Origin: the human T2T-CHM13v2.0 reference genome, Homo sapiens
DNA: 64,000 nt
Reading direction: 5' to 3' (one strand)
Assembly: GCF_009914755.1 (NCBI RefSeq)
Contig: NC_060939.1
A program made the translations under genes and the position numbers. The notes below the pieces were generated by a model, which saw nothing but the letters and a program-made list of their open reading frames with translations, was not told where the DNA came from and did no database searches. Below, one piece after another: positions 12,579 to 27,163 of this stretch (within the stretch, counting starts at the first letter, position 1; the number at the start of each line of letters is the position of its first letter).

Positions 12579-13040
12579 GGTGTTTCTAATAATGTACACT
12601 GAAATTTGAGAACCACTACTCCTGTACAAACACGGATGGGATGTCTAGGCCCATTTTAAATGGTTAGAAAATCTTCATATATATCAGGCTTGAGCAGAAT
12701 GCCAAAGGATGAACAGCAGATATCAGGAACGATGAAGAAGACAGAAAAAAAACAGGGGAAGAGGCACTGTAGGCAAAGGGTGCAGCATATACAAAAGCCT
12801 AGAGGTGAGTCCTTGGGGAAATGTGTGGTGAGGGATACCAAAATGTGAGCCTGAAGAGGAAAGAAGAGACCAGAGCATAAAGGATGAGGCTTAGGCATTA
12901 GGTTTCTCTCCCAAAGGCCTGCCTGAGTGCTTCACACATAGGAAGGCTCAACTAATATATGCCAAATTCAATGGTTACATCTTTAGAAATGCCATTTCAT
13001 CACTGGTAAAGTACATAAATTCAAGCTATTCTATCTACTA

Positions 13041-13065
13041 TACTACTACTACTACTACTACTACT
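13041..13065. repeat. (TAC)8 microsatellite
   Basis: tactactactactactactactact. Confidence 0.9.
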
Positions 13066-13295
13066 TCAAGAACAGAGGTAACTCTATAGGCATTGGAGAA
13101 AAGGGCAACTCATAGTCTCAGGAAACCTATTAGTTCCTAACATCCCACTTGATTACGCTTAAGTCTCCTTGAACCTAATTCACACCAATGGCATTTAGCA
13201 AATAGGTTAGCATGGTTTTAGGGAAGACAAATGACTCCCAAGTTTCTAGATTAGGAATTTATCTGCTTTAACTTATTATGTGAACAAAACCACAC

Positions 13296-13685
13296 CTTAT
13301 TTTTAGTAAAAATGTTCTTCTTCTTGAAAGAAAATAAAATAATATCCCTGAAATCAGCTGGATGTTTCACATGAATATCTTCTGAACGATACTGGAGAAC
13401 CCGGGTAGTCTTGTTGATTAACCAATAGGGACTAAAGACAGACAGCACCATCCGGCTGCCAATTCTCCTGACGTGGACTGACAGGTCGACTGTCGTCACT
13501 TCTGTGGAGTCAGAAGAAAAACACACAGGAAAGAATTCTGGTAGTGTATCACGTATGCGGAAATGTCCATTCCAGTTTTTGCCCTGGTATTTCACCAGGA
13601 CTAATTCCATTATTTCACCACTGATTCTCGAATGCAGAACATCAGCAGTACTGCCTTCTGCCAGCTCATGAGTTTCTGCTGTTCC
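13296..13685 (-). CDS. VPS13C: VPS13C exon ~61, 390 nt, GTAETHEL...IFTKNK
   Basis: tag|GGA ... AAG|gtgtgg; phase 0-0. Confidence 0.95.
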
Positions 13686-14629
13686 CTAAAAACAAACAAA
13701 AATTCGCTGAGTAACTTTTTAAAAACTCTGAAATAACAAAATTCTTATTTTTCACAAATGCTAAATAAACTACCAGATGCATGTAAACTGCTAAGTCTTC
13801 TGTGAAGTACCATGCTTACATATTACAAATGTCCAGTACTCACCAAGGACTAAAAAGAAAACGCTACACCATAGCCACAGGCAGAAACTGACTTTGGCCA
13901 TTAGGAGGCTAATAGCCATCAGTTTTGTGAAAAAATCAGGTCTATATCAAGAGTCAAAGACTAGATTCAGGAAGCCTGGCTGTTGTCCATTAGAGCTATG
14001 TCATTAAATGAGCCACTTAACTGCCTGGCCTTCAGTTTTATCCTCTAATTATAGACCATGACTAATGGTTCCCATATGAATGGAATAAGAAAATTATTCT
14101 TATTTACTAGTCAGAGTAAAAAGTTACTCTGACGAGTTATCTAAGTAAGGTGGCATTATTTGAAAAATGAATAATAACATATAAACCATGTTTCCTTACT
14201 AAAAATCTCCTTACATAAATACTATTTAATTCTTATAAAATACTCATATAAATACTATTTAATTCATTTAATTAATTTTTGTCTCCACAACTCAGGAATG
14301 GCTCATTGTCAGATAAAAAAACATGTAGGTTCCAAACACTTTCCAGATTTTCATATTTTAAAATATACTGCCATACAGAAATTTTAAAATATTTATCATA
14401 TACCATTACTAGAAAATCTTTATTACTTCTTAAGACAGACAGTAATTATTTTTTTTATTTTCCAAGGTTTATTTTCAATAGAACCTTGAAGAAACAATCA
14501 TAATATTGACTTTAAAATAAAAACTTTAAGATGAAATATTTTCTCATTTTTTCCTATCTTTTAGTTAATGGAATTTTACTTAATTAATAAACAGACGATC
14601 ATGCTTCTTAATTTAAGGAAGATACAGTA

Positions 14630-14870
14630 AAGAGGCAGGGATCAAAAAGCCAAACTGCCTAGGTTCAAATCCCAGCTCCACCACTTCCTAGCTATGGGAC
14701 CTTGAGCCAGTCACTTAACCCATTTTCAACTCAGTTTTCTTATGTGTAAAATGGGCCTGATAATAGTACCTACATCAGGAGGTTATTATAAAGAGTAAAT
14801 AGGCTAATACATGTAAAGCACACAGAGCAGTTCCTGGCACATAGTAAATGTTATGCCAGTTTTTGCTATC
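14630..14870 (+). mobile_element. MIR
   Basis: ggttcaaatcccagctccaccactt...ctcagttttcttatgtgtaaaatggg...gcacatagtaa. Confidence 0.8.
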
Positions 14871-15003
14871 ATTAACATTATGAAGGCATTACACATTACA
14901 CATACGCTATATAAAACACTGACCTCACTTAAAAATACCATAAAACAAAATCAGAATTTACTCTGTGCAACAACAAAAATCAAACAAAATGCAAGAGACA
15001 TAC

Positions 15004-15298
15004 CTCAAGTAAATATCTTAGGGAATATGGGAGAAGATTCCGCAAAGTGAGAGAAGGATAAAGATGAATAATGTAAGCTACATCCCAGTCTTCCCCATGT
15101 GTACATATGTAGCTCAATTCATCAGGCAGAGCAACTGTATTCACTATGAGAGGTAAGAAGCTGACTTCTACTGATGGACACTGCAACATGCATCTGACTT
15201 CCCTGCTCCTATGAAGTTCTTCCTTCCAGGAAATATAAGTGGTAGATTCTTTGTACTGATGCTCTAAGATTCCAGCTGGCTGGATAAACAATTGACAT
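15004..15298 (-). CDS. VPS13C: VPS13C exon ~60, 295 nt, CQLFIQPA...LRYLLE
   Basis: cag|A ... GAG|gtatgt; phase 2-0. Confidence 0.95.
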
Positions 15299-15349
15299 CT
15301 GCAGAAAGAGGAAACAGTGACAATAAAGTTTTGATCCACAACTTAAAAA

Positions 15350-15480
15350 AAAGCATCTCATTAAATCTTCCTGACAACTCTACAAGATAGGTGCTATTAT
15401 TCCTGTTTTTACAGATATACAGATGAGGAAACCAGGGCTAAAAAAAAGGTTAGGAAATTCACCCAAAATCACATAGCTAA
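15350..15480 (-). mobile_element. MIR fragment
   Basis: ttttacagat...gaggaaac core in reverse. Confidence 0.6.
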
Positions 15481-15798
15481 CTTACGGAGGACTTTCTGAA
15501 AAGAACAAACAAACAAAAAACAACTCTGTAAACAAGACAACTTAAAAAAATTTTCATTTCAAATACAAAGGCAATCTAATAAAAATAGTCAGAAAAATCC
15601 TGACATCAAATATACAGTCAGGAATTTTCACCTGATAAATTCAATGATAATATAAATGTATTTCTCAATGGAAGACTAAATTATGTCTTAAAACTGGCTT
15701 TTACTGATCTTTAGTTAATAAAAATATGAAGTTATTTTCCAGAATATAAATCCCCAACTCAATACATTTAAAGTTTAATACATTTAAGAAGTATCTAC

Positions 15799-15920
15799 CT
15801 ATATGAATCTAAAGGAACATGGAACTCCTCTTCAGGTCTGGCTATCCCAATGCGCTCCAATAGCTTAACATTCTTAACAAATTTATAGATGATAAATGCA
15901 ATGGAGAAATGGTTTTTGAT
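15799..15920 (-). CDS. VPS13C: VPS13C exon ~59, 122 nt, IKNHFSIA...VPLDSY
   Basis: cag|ATC ... TAG|gtagat; phase 0-2. Confidence 0.94.
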
Positions 15921-16951
15921 CTGTTGGACAAAAAAAAATACAAGTTTTTTAAAAGATATGTAAGTTCGAAAGAAAAAATGAGAGCCACAAACAAATACTT
16001 TTAGATCTAAAAAATTTCAAACTCAGTATTGGAAGATATTTTTATTGGCAATTGAAAAATTTTAGGGTATTTAAGTGCTATATATATTAAATTTAATGTT
16101 TAAGTGTCAGTTGAAAACTGAGATATTCAAATGCTCCATATATTATAAGCTTATGTTTAGTATTAGTCTATATTATCTTTCAAATATGTATTATTCTCTG
16201 AAGATTTAAGCCATTTTTTCTCCATGACAATCTTTTCTCAATGTATCATGTATAACAACTAAACAGAAATGGATAGCAAAAAATCATGAGAAAAATAGTA
16301 CAATTCTTTTCTTGACATCAGTCTGTTACGCATTGGAGCAAATAACAAACTATAAGATAACAATGTCCAAAATTTGAAACCTTTTCATTTGTATCTGATG
16401 TTACAGGTAGGAAAAAAAATGTTCTTTTGTTGACCATATGCTGAAACCTGTAGTAATACACAGAAAAAGAAAAATGTTGGATAAAACCTTAAAAGTAGAA
16501 AAAATATTTACACAGATTAAGATGCTAAAATGTTTTTCAGAGGGATAGATCATTCCAATATGCCTTCATACATATCTTGAAAAATATAATCCAAGTGACA
16601 TACAAAGAGAATGGAATGTTTCCTAACTACAATTACAATAATCCTCGGTTCTGAATATTTAAAGGAATATACCAAAAGAGCTTTATTAATTTTGCATTTG
16701 TCTTAAAAGACAGAAAACAAAAATGAGCTTTAAGTAAACAAAACTACAGACATTTAAAATAAATATTATCAGAGCAAGCTGGACAGTAAATAGAAGCCAT
16801 TTCTGTTACTATTTATTTCTGAATAATTACTATTTATTTCTGAATAATCAGAATTGACCTGATGAAGTTTTACTGTATTCCTATATTCAGCTAAATGATT
16901 TAACCATTTCTTGGTACACTGAAAGGGATACAATTAACTTTGAAGTATTAC

Positions 16952-17112
16952 CTGTAGAGGAGAGCGAAGGGTAATTACTTTATTCCCTTCAGTTGCATCA
17001 ATTTGTACCAAGACAGAGTCAGAATGACTGGCATTGGGATTCCGTACATTATACAATCGCCGTCCAGGTCTGGCCACAGGGATATTTGCAACTTCTGTAT
17101 ATCCATGAGGTA
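16952..17112 (-). CDS. VPS13C: VPS13C exon ~58, 161 nt, PHGYTEVA...LRSPLQ
   Basis: tag|TA ... CAG|gtaata; phase 1-0. Confidence 0.95.
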
Positions 17113-17729
17113 CTAAGGCAGTGCATAAGTGAAAAGAATTCCAAATATTAATTTGCCAATGTTTCTCTATAACAATCATTAGTACCTCAAAATAATGAAG
17201 AGTATTTTTCCTCATCACTAGAAATGATCACCACAAATTGCTTTTCTAAGACATAAACTTAAAAAGAAGACCAGTTACTGTTATAAAATTTTTGGCTGAA
17301 AACAGTTTTGCTTGGGGTTTTGAATATAAAAACAAAATCCAACTTATTTCTTATTCTCTCAATCATATAGCAACAATCTTTTTCTTTGTCACAGTGTCAA
17401 CACTGTAAGACTTCTGAATATAGCTATTTTCTCTCCTCAGTAAACTCCTATCCTTTTAAAAACACATTATATATATAATATTTATATATATTATATAATA
17501 TATACATTATTTAAGGGCACAAAAATAATCTAGTTTTGTAAAGTTTTCTTAAATCAATAAAGTTTAATTTTCTCAAGTTTAGAAAACAAGAAACAAGAGG
17601 TTAGCAATTATATGTTTCAAATGTTGTATCTCCAGATATCTGCAGCAAAATGTTTTTTCACATTTTATCAAAAATAAGCCCACACCAACAACTGCTAAGA
17701 TACCCTTAAGGAAAACAAATATAGCCTAC

Positions 17730-17994
17730 CAATGGTCAGAGTGAAGAAGGAGCTTTCTTGACGGCTCAATATAGATAGGTTCCCTTGACTTGAAGGTACC
17801 ATGCTGGCATACTCCAGTTCCAAATTCTGGCCAGCATCAACATCAAAAATATCACTTTTCTCAGGGAAGCCCATTACTCTGAGATTACAATTGGGCTTCA
17901 CCTTAATGGGAACACCTACAGCATTTTTTACCGTAAAAGGAGCTCTGTCCTTTAAAGAGTAGTCAAAAGTAGAAGCAGTGCCCTCTGAAAAACC
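17730..17994 (-). CDS. VPS13C: VPS13C exon ~57, 265 nt, GFSEGTAS...FFTLTI
   Basis: cag|GGT ... TTG|gtaggc; phase 0-1. Confidence 0.95.
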
Positions 17995-18160
17995 CTGAAA
18001 AGGAACATATCATCACAGTAAAATTTTTGAAAAACATACATTCTTCCCAAAACCTATACCATAATTACACATTTTTTGGAAACTAATTTTGATGACAAAA
18101 AAATTATATGTTTCATTTTAAAATTCCACTTGAAATATTCTAAGCAAGATTCAGACATAC

Positions 18161-18310
18161 TTTTGCTAAATTGTTGAAAACATTAAGACAACTTTTGGAT
18201 ATTGTTATATTCATTGTATTTCCTGAAGAAATATGAATTGCCATTTGTGGCTCAGGAATAAAATCATCTCCTGGCAGCAAACTTTTATCCTGAACTGGGT
18301 TCTTCTTTAC
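18161..18310 (-). CDS. VPS13C: VPS13C exon ~56, 150 nt, VKKNPVQD...FNNLAK
   Basis: tag|GTA ... AAA|gtatgt; phase 0-0. Confidence 0.94.
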
Positions 18311-19094
18311 CTATGAAGAAAAATAACACAGCAAATTTAAATTATTAGCCAGTTGATAATAAAATAAAAATGCTGGAGTTCAGTTCTCCTAAACTGATCA
18401 CTTTATAGTAATGCTTCGCAAAAGTCTTATTTTCAAAAATATACCATGCTTCACTTTGATTTCATGGAGTTCAGCATTCATTCTTTCAGGGTATAGTCCA
18501 AGCATGGGGAAAAGTTTAGAATTACGCCATGAAATTACTCAAAGCCAGCTACAATATTTGTCTCTTATGCATTCCTCAGAGCATAGCTATTTATTCAGTG
18601 TCACCCAACTGGTGATTATGTGTTGACGAGCAATCTAAGAGGACCCTGAAGTCTAAACTGATCCCTATTAGAGGTGCCACCTGGAAATGTTTCTCTCCTT
18701 CTATTTTTTAAACCAATAACACCTTCAAATAAGTAATATTAATATAATAAACACTTAACTAGCCATCAGATTCCATCAGCTTCTGTTCTAGTAGTATTTC
18801 AAAAGCCTTGTAAAACATTCTTTGTTAGCCTCCCTATGCCAGAGAAAGGCAGGTCAGAAAAATATTACTTCTTTATTGAGAGGAAATTGGAACACAGGTT
18901 AAGTGACTCATCTTTAACAAAAGAATATGTGGAGTCAGTTTCAGTGCCTGACTCCTTAGTAAGGCTGCCCCAAAGAAGTATGCTACGACAATTTCTTAAC
19001 AATATATGACTCAAGTTCCTTTTAATCAAGAAAAATGTGCTTCAGTATCTAGGTTTCTGAAGTGTTCTCAAAAAACAACATAAAAAGATAACAC

Positions 19095-19543
19095 ACAAGA
19101 GTTCATTAACAATTCTCAAATATTCTGGTCTCACCCTTAAAAATCACTGAGTATACTAAAGAGCTTCATTTATGTTTTATCTACCAATATGTACTCTATT
19201 AACAATTAAAACTGAAAAAAAATTAAAAATTCATTTAAAAATAAAAATTACATGCTAATATAAATAACATTTTTAATCAAAAATAACTATTTTAAAAATA
19301 CAGTGAGAAGAGGAACATACACATATATCTCTTTACTGCCTGCCTTAAGGGAAGACAGATAAATTCTCGTTTCTGTTCTGCATTCAATCTGTTGCAATAT
19401 CACCTTCATTAGTCTCTGGAAAACTCCACTATACACTCGTGAGAGAATGAGAATGAAAATGACATATGAAAAGAGTTCTGACCTCATGGACAGAGCCCTT
19501 AAAAGGGCTTCAAGGATCCTAGACCACATCTTAAGAATCACTG
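19095..19543. mobile_element. Charlie1-like hAT DNA transposon relic, internally deleted
   Basis: taaagagctt..tttatg...attaaaactga; end agaccacatcttaagaatcactg. Confidence 0.5.
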
Positions 19544-19609
19544 AAATAAAAACTATGAATGAATATGCATAGTATCATTCTATCCAAAGATATTTTAAGA
19601 TTTCCTTAC

Positions 19610-19696
19610 ATCAAGCCTTAAATTCCATTGTCTCTTCCCCTCCACTCTCTCAATCAGTGGCTCCCAGACAGCATGGATCTCATTGTAATAGTGCAC
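19610..19696 (-). CDS. VPS13C: VPS13C exon ~55, 87 nt, VHYYNEIHAVWEPLIE...LRLD
   Basis: cag|GTG ... GAT|gtaagg; phase 0-0; conserved VPS13 YYN..WEP motif. Confidence 0.95.
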
Positions 19697-20059
19697 CTGG
19701 AAAGATACACACAAAATTATAAGACAGTCCTTTGGCTTTAATTACATATTTCTGTAACCAATAGGGAAATTATTAAGTAATCAATGTTATATATCATTAG
19801 CCATTTTCAAAACCCATCTAACAATATATAGAGTGTATTTTCCTTTACTCTCTTACTCTATTGTCATAAATTATTTAGCAAATCAATCTTTAAAAAATAA
19901 TTATCAAAAAACAATACATCGACAAATTAAATGTCAGAACACACTATCTATTCACATATGTACTCATAGTGGCCATGCACAAACAAGAAAAGTGTATATC
20001 TTAATTCCAAAATCGCACTTTCAAGAAGTCTCTGAAGGTATTAAGTGATGTGGCCATAC

Positions 20060-20425
20060 CTGTAGTGTCACGTCAGCAACAGCAGCCATTAGAGAAGTCC
20101 AATTTTTAATATTTCCTGAAAACTTAGACTCTGCCAATAATAAAGGTACAGTTCGATGTCCAAGGCCACATTCTAAGGTAACTTGAATGGATTCTACAAC
20201 AACACCACAATTTTCCTCTATCAGTGAATGTTCAATGCCTTTGAAGCTTTCCGTTATTTCTGTTGCCGTGTCAACACCAAGAAACCAAGTGTTATAATCA
20301 TTAATCGATTTGATACCCCAAAGATTTTCCATTTCCTTAGACGTATCTTTGGATCCATCTTCTTTTGTTTTTGGAGACAATGCAGCCATGATTGTCAACA
20401 CAGTATTAAGAATTATGGGTGAAAT
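20060..20425 (-). CDS. VPS13C: VPS13C exon ~54, 366 nt, ISPIILNT...ADVTLQ
   Basis: aag|ATT ... CAG|gtatgg; phase 0-0; inside ORF 20021..20527. Confidence 0.95.
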
Positions 20426-21409
20426 CTTTAAAAAAGAAAGCAGAAAAATATTTATAATAAATTCTTTCCCAGATGAGAATATATACATACATGATTTTAA
20501 GTGACATACATTAATTATAAGTGACATTTTTAAATTAAATTTTAATTTTAAATTAAAGTAACTAATTTAAATTTTGAATAAATTCGTAACCAAGAAAAAC
20601 AAGAGAGAACACAAAATTATGTGTCAAGCCAAGTAATCATGCAACACTGACTTCTACTCAGGTTATCTGGAATTAAATAACTAATGTTATATGTCAGTAG
20701 TCAAAATCTAAAGTTAAGCTGATCAATTCAGAGCAAAACAGTGTTATGTGAATAGACAAGTATAGCAATGTAAACAAATTCTTCATTTTAAAAACAGCTA
20801 CATTAACTAAGCCAAAGTGTGTGATCCTTGTCAAGATACACATAAATATCGGTATGCAACAAGATCTTCTGAAAAAAAAAAAAAGGAAGAAAAAGATATA
20901 CATTTGCCTTATTAAAGCTGGAAGACTCAAAATCACAGCTCTCCTTTGACTTACCCCAAGATCTATAAATCCTACCTCTTATTATCTTTGGACAGTGCCT
21001 TTCTTTGCTCACTTCCCTCACTTCCTATTACTGTGCCTTAGTTCTACACTGATGACATCTTCTACGGCCAACGCCCTCTCAGCCTACACTCCACACTGCC
21101 ACCAGCATAATTTTTCTACAAACCAAATCTGAGTATGACATTCTTATGTTTAAAATCTTCATCAACTTCCCATAATTTTTTTATCCCACAAGATAAAATT
21201 GAAACTCTCTTTAACTTAATGTGCAGAGCTCTTTGTGGCCTAGTGCCTATTCAACCAGCTAGCCAGGATTCTCCCAAAGTTTGAGAAATACTAGGTTAAA
21301 TAAGTTAACTGTATTCCTTTATTGTTCACTTCTCACAATCCTTACTTAAAATGTAAAGGGATATAATTATATCATCAAAAGCAGGATCTAGTATGTATTG
21401 TTTTCCTAA

Positions 21410-21829
<420 letters not shown>

Positions 21830-23118
21830 ACCCCTCTAAATCTTAAAGGATTTTTTCACACCTCTGCCTTTGTGCATATTATCAGTTCTGTCTGGATAAA
21901 CCTTTCCATGCTCCCCATCTATTTAATCTCCCTTCAAAACTCAAATCAAATAGTCCTGCTTCTACACAGCTTTCCCTGATGTCCTGGTCTGAATTAAAGG
22001 CCCCATGCCTGTGCTCCCAACTGCATCTTGGCCATGCCTCTAGCACTGAAAGCTGTAATCACTGATTTCTTTCTTTCTCCCGCATATGTCATTAAGTTTT
22101 TTGACAGCAGGGGCTACATATCCCCAATGCCTTGTAAAGGACATTTTTTTAATACACAGTAAAAGCTCAAAAACGTTTTTTGAATCAATCATAAATTTAT
22201 ACACAAAGAATGTAAAGTCTCACCAGCACCTAACCTAGTGCTTTAAAATATGCAAATTCGAGGAGTTTTTCCCTCATTTACTACTTTATATATTTTTAAA
22301 AGTAAATCCATTAACAATATACATTCTAAGACTATCCAGTATTTTAAAATATTGAGAAAAAACTAAATTGATATTTACATGGTACTTCAAATGAAATGAG
22401 TTTGAGCCTTAGTTCAATCACTGTTGGTCACGGACCTATATAAGTAAAGCTACTACCATTATTGGCATTAACCAATTAACCAAAAAAGGACTCATTTTTG
22501 TATCCTTTGTGCAAACAGAGAAATAGATTGCAGAAAGTATTCTATATCTTCTATTCGTGACTGGGCACGAGGTATACTTAAAGAACCTGAACGCCATTGG
22601 AAAACAATAATTGTTTTTCAATGCTTTAAATGTAGTGAATAAAACAGTAAACTCCAATAATTATTTCTAGTGTACATCTGTCATTATAAATATTTGAAGC
22701 CAAATCATATAGTTATTAAATTCAATCAACTTATACATCAAATAAAAGCCTAAAAAGAACTTATTACAAATAAAGTAATAACAACCTCTTCTCTCCATCC
22801 CTTCTTCCCTTCTCTTCCCACCCCATATCTCTTCCCTCCTCCAACTCAACCCCCACAACACACGCATGCAAATAGAATAGAGAAAAACTACCCTGATCAT
22901 TTGTAGATATTAAAAAGTACTCTTTTACAGAAAATAGAAACAAACATTTGCATTAAAGAAAAATATACTTTAATGTTAGAAGTTACTGATTACTGAATAT
23001 GTGACTAGCATAATGCTTGAGTTATGAGAGACATCAAAAGATACTGTCTCAACTGCAAATATGCAATGTCGTGAAGAAAAATAAGAATTTTCACTCAAAG
23101 AATATGGTAAGTACTAAC

Positions 23119-23211
23119 CTTAATTATAAATTCTTTAACCATAATATTTATATTTTGCTTTCCTGAAGCCCACGTACATTTTTCCATAAATAAAGAACAG
23201 GGCTGCAAGAC
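23119..23211 (-). CDS. VPS13C: VPS13C exon ~53, 93 nt, VLQPCSLF...KEFIIK
   Basis: tag|GTC ... AAG|gttagt; phase 0-0. Confidence 0.93.
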
Positions 23212-23766
23212 CTATAAACAGATAAATGAAATTCACATTTCCATAGATCCATTATATACATAACACACACTTACAAGAACCATGTCTTACTTAACTTGGG
23301 ATCTTTAACTACAGCCTGCTATTATACTAAAAGCAAAAAAGCAAAAATAAATTAGCTGAGACTCTGTTGTGAAGACTCTTCTGAACTATGAGAAATCTGT
23401 GAACACTGGAAAATCACTTTAAGCCGTTCTGATGAATTTCATCATGCCAAATCCTTAAGTAATAAAGCAGATTTACTGTTTAAAATGTTTCTTTCTGCTA
23501 AAATAGTTTTTAAATGATGGCCTCTATAAAATATACCTTTGAAATATCTATAAAAGTGAGCTAAAGACTGTGGTAAGGTAGGTAAGTAAACAGTTTCCCG
23601 ATGCTTGACAGGTCAGTCTGAAATATCATGTAAGGCCTTTATTAGAATAAAAGTCAATTCATCAAATTGTGAAGCCTATATTCTTATATATCATTAAAGA
23701 AACGAATAAATAGGCTTGTACCTGAACTGAATGGAGCAATTAGTACGGCATAATTGTCATTTCTTA

Positions 23767-24080
<314 letters not shown>

Positions 24081-24753
24081 GGAAGAGCTAATTGATATAA
24101 ACTTTTGGTGACATGTATAAAGACGATCCTGTCAAAGAATATTTCATGATAAAGTATAGACTTCATACTTTCTTTATGCAAGTCATTTTGTCCACAAATT
24201 TTTTACATTTAAAATGCCACTGCAAATTAGTCACATAATATAATGATTCTCTTACCATAAAATTATCAATACTAGAAAATAATTGGTGTGGTAATTAACT
24301 GACTAAAATCATATGTTTCGATAATAATATGAAAACATAATTGACATTCACTTTTAATAACAGCAGAACACCACCGCTTTTGGCGAAGTGACTCCAATTT
24401 AATTTTTTTCATTCTAAGCCTAAATATTCACTCATTCATTAATTAGGTATACCACGGTGAACAAAAGAAACAGTTGAAAAAGAATATTAATTTGTACTAA
24501 AATTCAAACACTACTCAACAGAAGATGGTATAATGAAAATAAAACCGTTCTGAAGGTAGTCCCCAGTTCTGTCACTAGCAGCCATGGCTAAGTCATTTAA
24601 CATCTTTGGAATTCAATATCTTTATATGTAAAACCCCAAGTTCACAATAAATAATCTCTAAAGTCCCTGCAGAGCTCTCATATTCTAGGATTCTATGAAT
24701 CAACTGTTTCTGCCATTCTTCAACCCAAGATTAGGACACAAGGTAATTCTTAC

Positions 24754-24983
24754 TGTGGTAATGTTTTTCCCTCTCTTTTCTCTGAGAAAAGGGCAAGCGA
24801 GCACTTTCAGATCTCTCACAGAAGCTTCCATCATCTGTTCGAGTTTGGATGTTGACAGAGAAAGGTTGCACTGAAACGAGGCTGTCAGAGCAGGAGCATC
24901 AGCCTTTGTCAGGCTGGCAACAAATACCACTTCTGGATCTGTGATCATGGCCTTTAAAGTCATATTTGGTCTAACAGAGTCAT
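24754..24983 (-). CDS. VPS13C: VPS13C exon ~52, 230 nt, DSVRPNMT...GKNITT
   Basis: cag|AT ... ACA|gtaaga; phase 1-0. Confidence 0.95.
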
Positions 24984-25238
24984 CTGAAGAAACAAGCAAC
25001 AGGAACCAGAAAAGTTTAAGGTAAGTCTTTTCATTTGACTACATGTTATCTACAAGTTGTTAAGTTGTTCTCAATGTTTTTCTATAACAGATATGGTGAA
25101 ACTGACAATATTAATTGGTTAATTAATACTAATTATTAAATGATTATTAACAAATGCAGATTGAGCAAGATAAGGCAATCTGATCCCTGTCCCAAGAATA
25201 CCATTACCACTTTGACCTAGCAAGAATAATCCTGTTTT

Positions 25239-25868
25239 ACACTTTTACACTGTTGGCGGGACTGTAAATTAGTTCAACCACTGTGGAAGTCACTGTGGCA
25301 ATTCCTCAGGGATCTAGAACTAGAAATACCATTTGACCCAGCCATCCCATTACTGGGTACATACCCAAAGGATTATAAATCATGCTGCTATAAAGACACA
25401 TGCACACGTATGTTTATTGCGGCACTATTCACAACAGCAAAGACTTGGAACCAACCCAAATGTCCAGCAATGATAGACTGGATTAAGAAAATGGCACATA
25501 TACACCATGGAATACTATGCAGCCATAAAAAAGAATGAGTTCATGTCCTTTGCAGGGACATGGATGAAGCTGGAAACCATCATCCTCAGCAAACTATCGC
25601 AAGGACAAAAAACCAAACACTGCATGTTCTCACTCATAGGTGGGAATTGAACAATGAGAACACATGGACACAGGAAGGGGAACAACACACACCGGGGACC
25701 GTTGTGGGGTTGGGGGAGGGGGGAGGGATAGCATTAGGAGATATACCTAATGCTAAATGACGAGTTAATGGGTACAGCACACCAACATGGCACAGGTATA
25801 CATATGTAACAAACCTGCATGCTGTGCACATGTACCCTAAAACTTAAAGTATAATAATAATAATAAAA
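25239..25868 (+). mobile_element. 5'-truncated L1PA, 17-bp TSD
   Basis: ORF2 end, 3' UTR and (TAA)n/A tail; TSD aagaataatcctgtttt at 25222-25238 and 25869-25885. Confidence 0.94.
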
Positions 25869-26269
25869 AAGAATAATCCTGTTTTGAAGTTCTTTTTATC
25901 AGAATTAAAGAATGTGCATGTACGCAGGCATAAGTATATATTATATTGCAGGGGCAAGAAGGGGAAAACTGGAAAGAATATCAGGAAGAGGAAAAGAGAC
26001 CCTGATAAAATAGATTATTATTAGTTGTTTCTTTCAATTTCACCCAAAAGTCCATAGTCAATGTCATATAATCTATACTGTAAATATATTCAATGCATAT
26101 ATAAATATAGCAATATCAGATATGATCACTATTTAAAAAACATTAAAGGTAAATTTTAAAAATAGCATTCTTACCAGGACATATTAGTTTTCCAATCTAG
26201 GTTATACATTAGAGAGAAAAATATCTGACCTTAGACATTTATAATTTAACATAGAAAAGTCACTGATCT

Positions 26270-26630
26270 GGCAGGAGCAAGGTGTAATCCACAGCACTTG
26301 GGGAGGCAGAGGCGGGCGGATTGCTTGAGCCTAGGAGTTTGAGACCAGCCTGGGAAACATGGCGAAGCCCCATGTTTACCGAAAAACAAAAAATACCAGG
26401 TGTGGTGGTGCACAACTGTGGACCCAAGCTACTCAGGAGGCTGAGGTGGGAGAACTGCTTGAGCCCACCTCAGGAGGTGAAAATTACAGTAAGCCAAGAT
26501 TACACCACTGCACTCCAGCCTGGGTGATACAGTGACAGCCCATCTCGAAAAAAATTTTAAAAAAAAAGGAGAGAAGAGGAGAGGAGAGAACAGGAAAGAA
26601 AAGGAAAGAAAAAAAAGGGAAAGAAAATAA
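26270..26630 (+). mobile_element. Alu (AluJ-like) with an expanded GA-rich tail
   Basis: Dimer; tail of GGAGA/GGAAA units; TSD agaaaa(g)tcactgatct on both sides. Confidence 0.85.
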
Positions 26631-27163
26631 AGAAAATCACTGATCTACTGGATAATGCTGGAATAAAAGAAGTACAGAGCTGAAAGTGGCTTCAGCATAC
26701 ACCTAGACCAGACATTTGCAAACTCTTCCACAGAGTTTAAGGAGTTAAAGCGACATCCAGGGAAGTCCTGCTGGGTCCTCCAAAGTCCCCGTGTTCTGCT
26801 TTAATATTTTCAATTGTTCTTCAATGTGCTAGAATTCTCAACATGTTTTCTTTGAATAAGATACCCCACCTATAAAACAGGCCACTAACCACTGACCCAA
26901 ATTAACTTCATTTCTGGATCAGTAAAGAAATGTTCATGGCACAGTTGGAACCAGCGGACTTTCCTGGCCATTGGTCCAATATCTACTGTACCTCTCTCTT
27001 AAAAATGTTTTAAAAAACTAAAAAGCTAAAGTTTTTATATAGAATATGTTTAAATATAAAAGACTAATTTTACGTTCTTAAATTTTTCATTTCTCTTTTT
27101 TCTGGTTTGTAATTCTTGTCAAAATATACAAGTTGTCATCTATGACAGATAAATTCTGCTAAC

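Noticed and set aside
14214-16847. Short direct repeats at ~14214-14265 (ataaatactatttaattc x2) and ~16806-16847 (21-mer x2)
   Set aside because: Ordinary slippage duplications in AT-rich intron; two copies only, not an array or CRISPR-like structure
20440-20490. Intronic in-frame 'SGKEFII' before exon ~54, echoing 'SGK...KEFIIK' of exon ~53
   Set aside because: Match is only ~15 nt of AT-rich sequence with no splice sites around it; most likely chance
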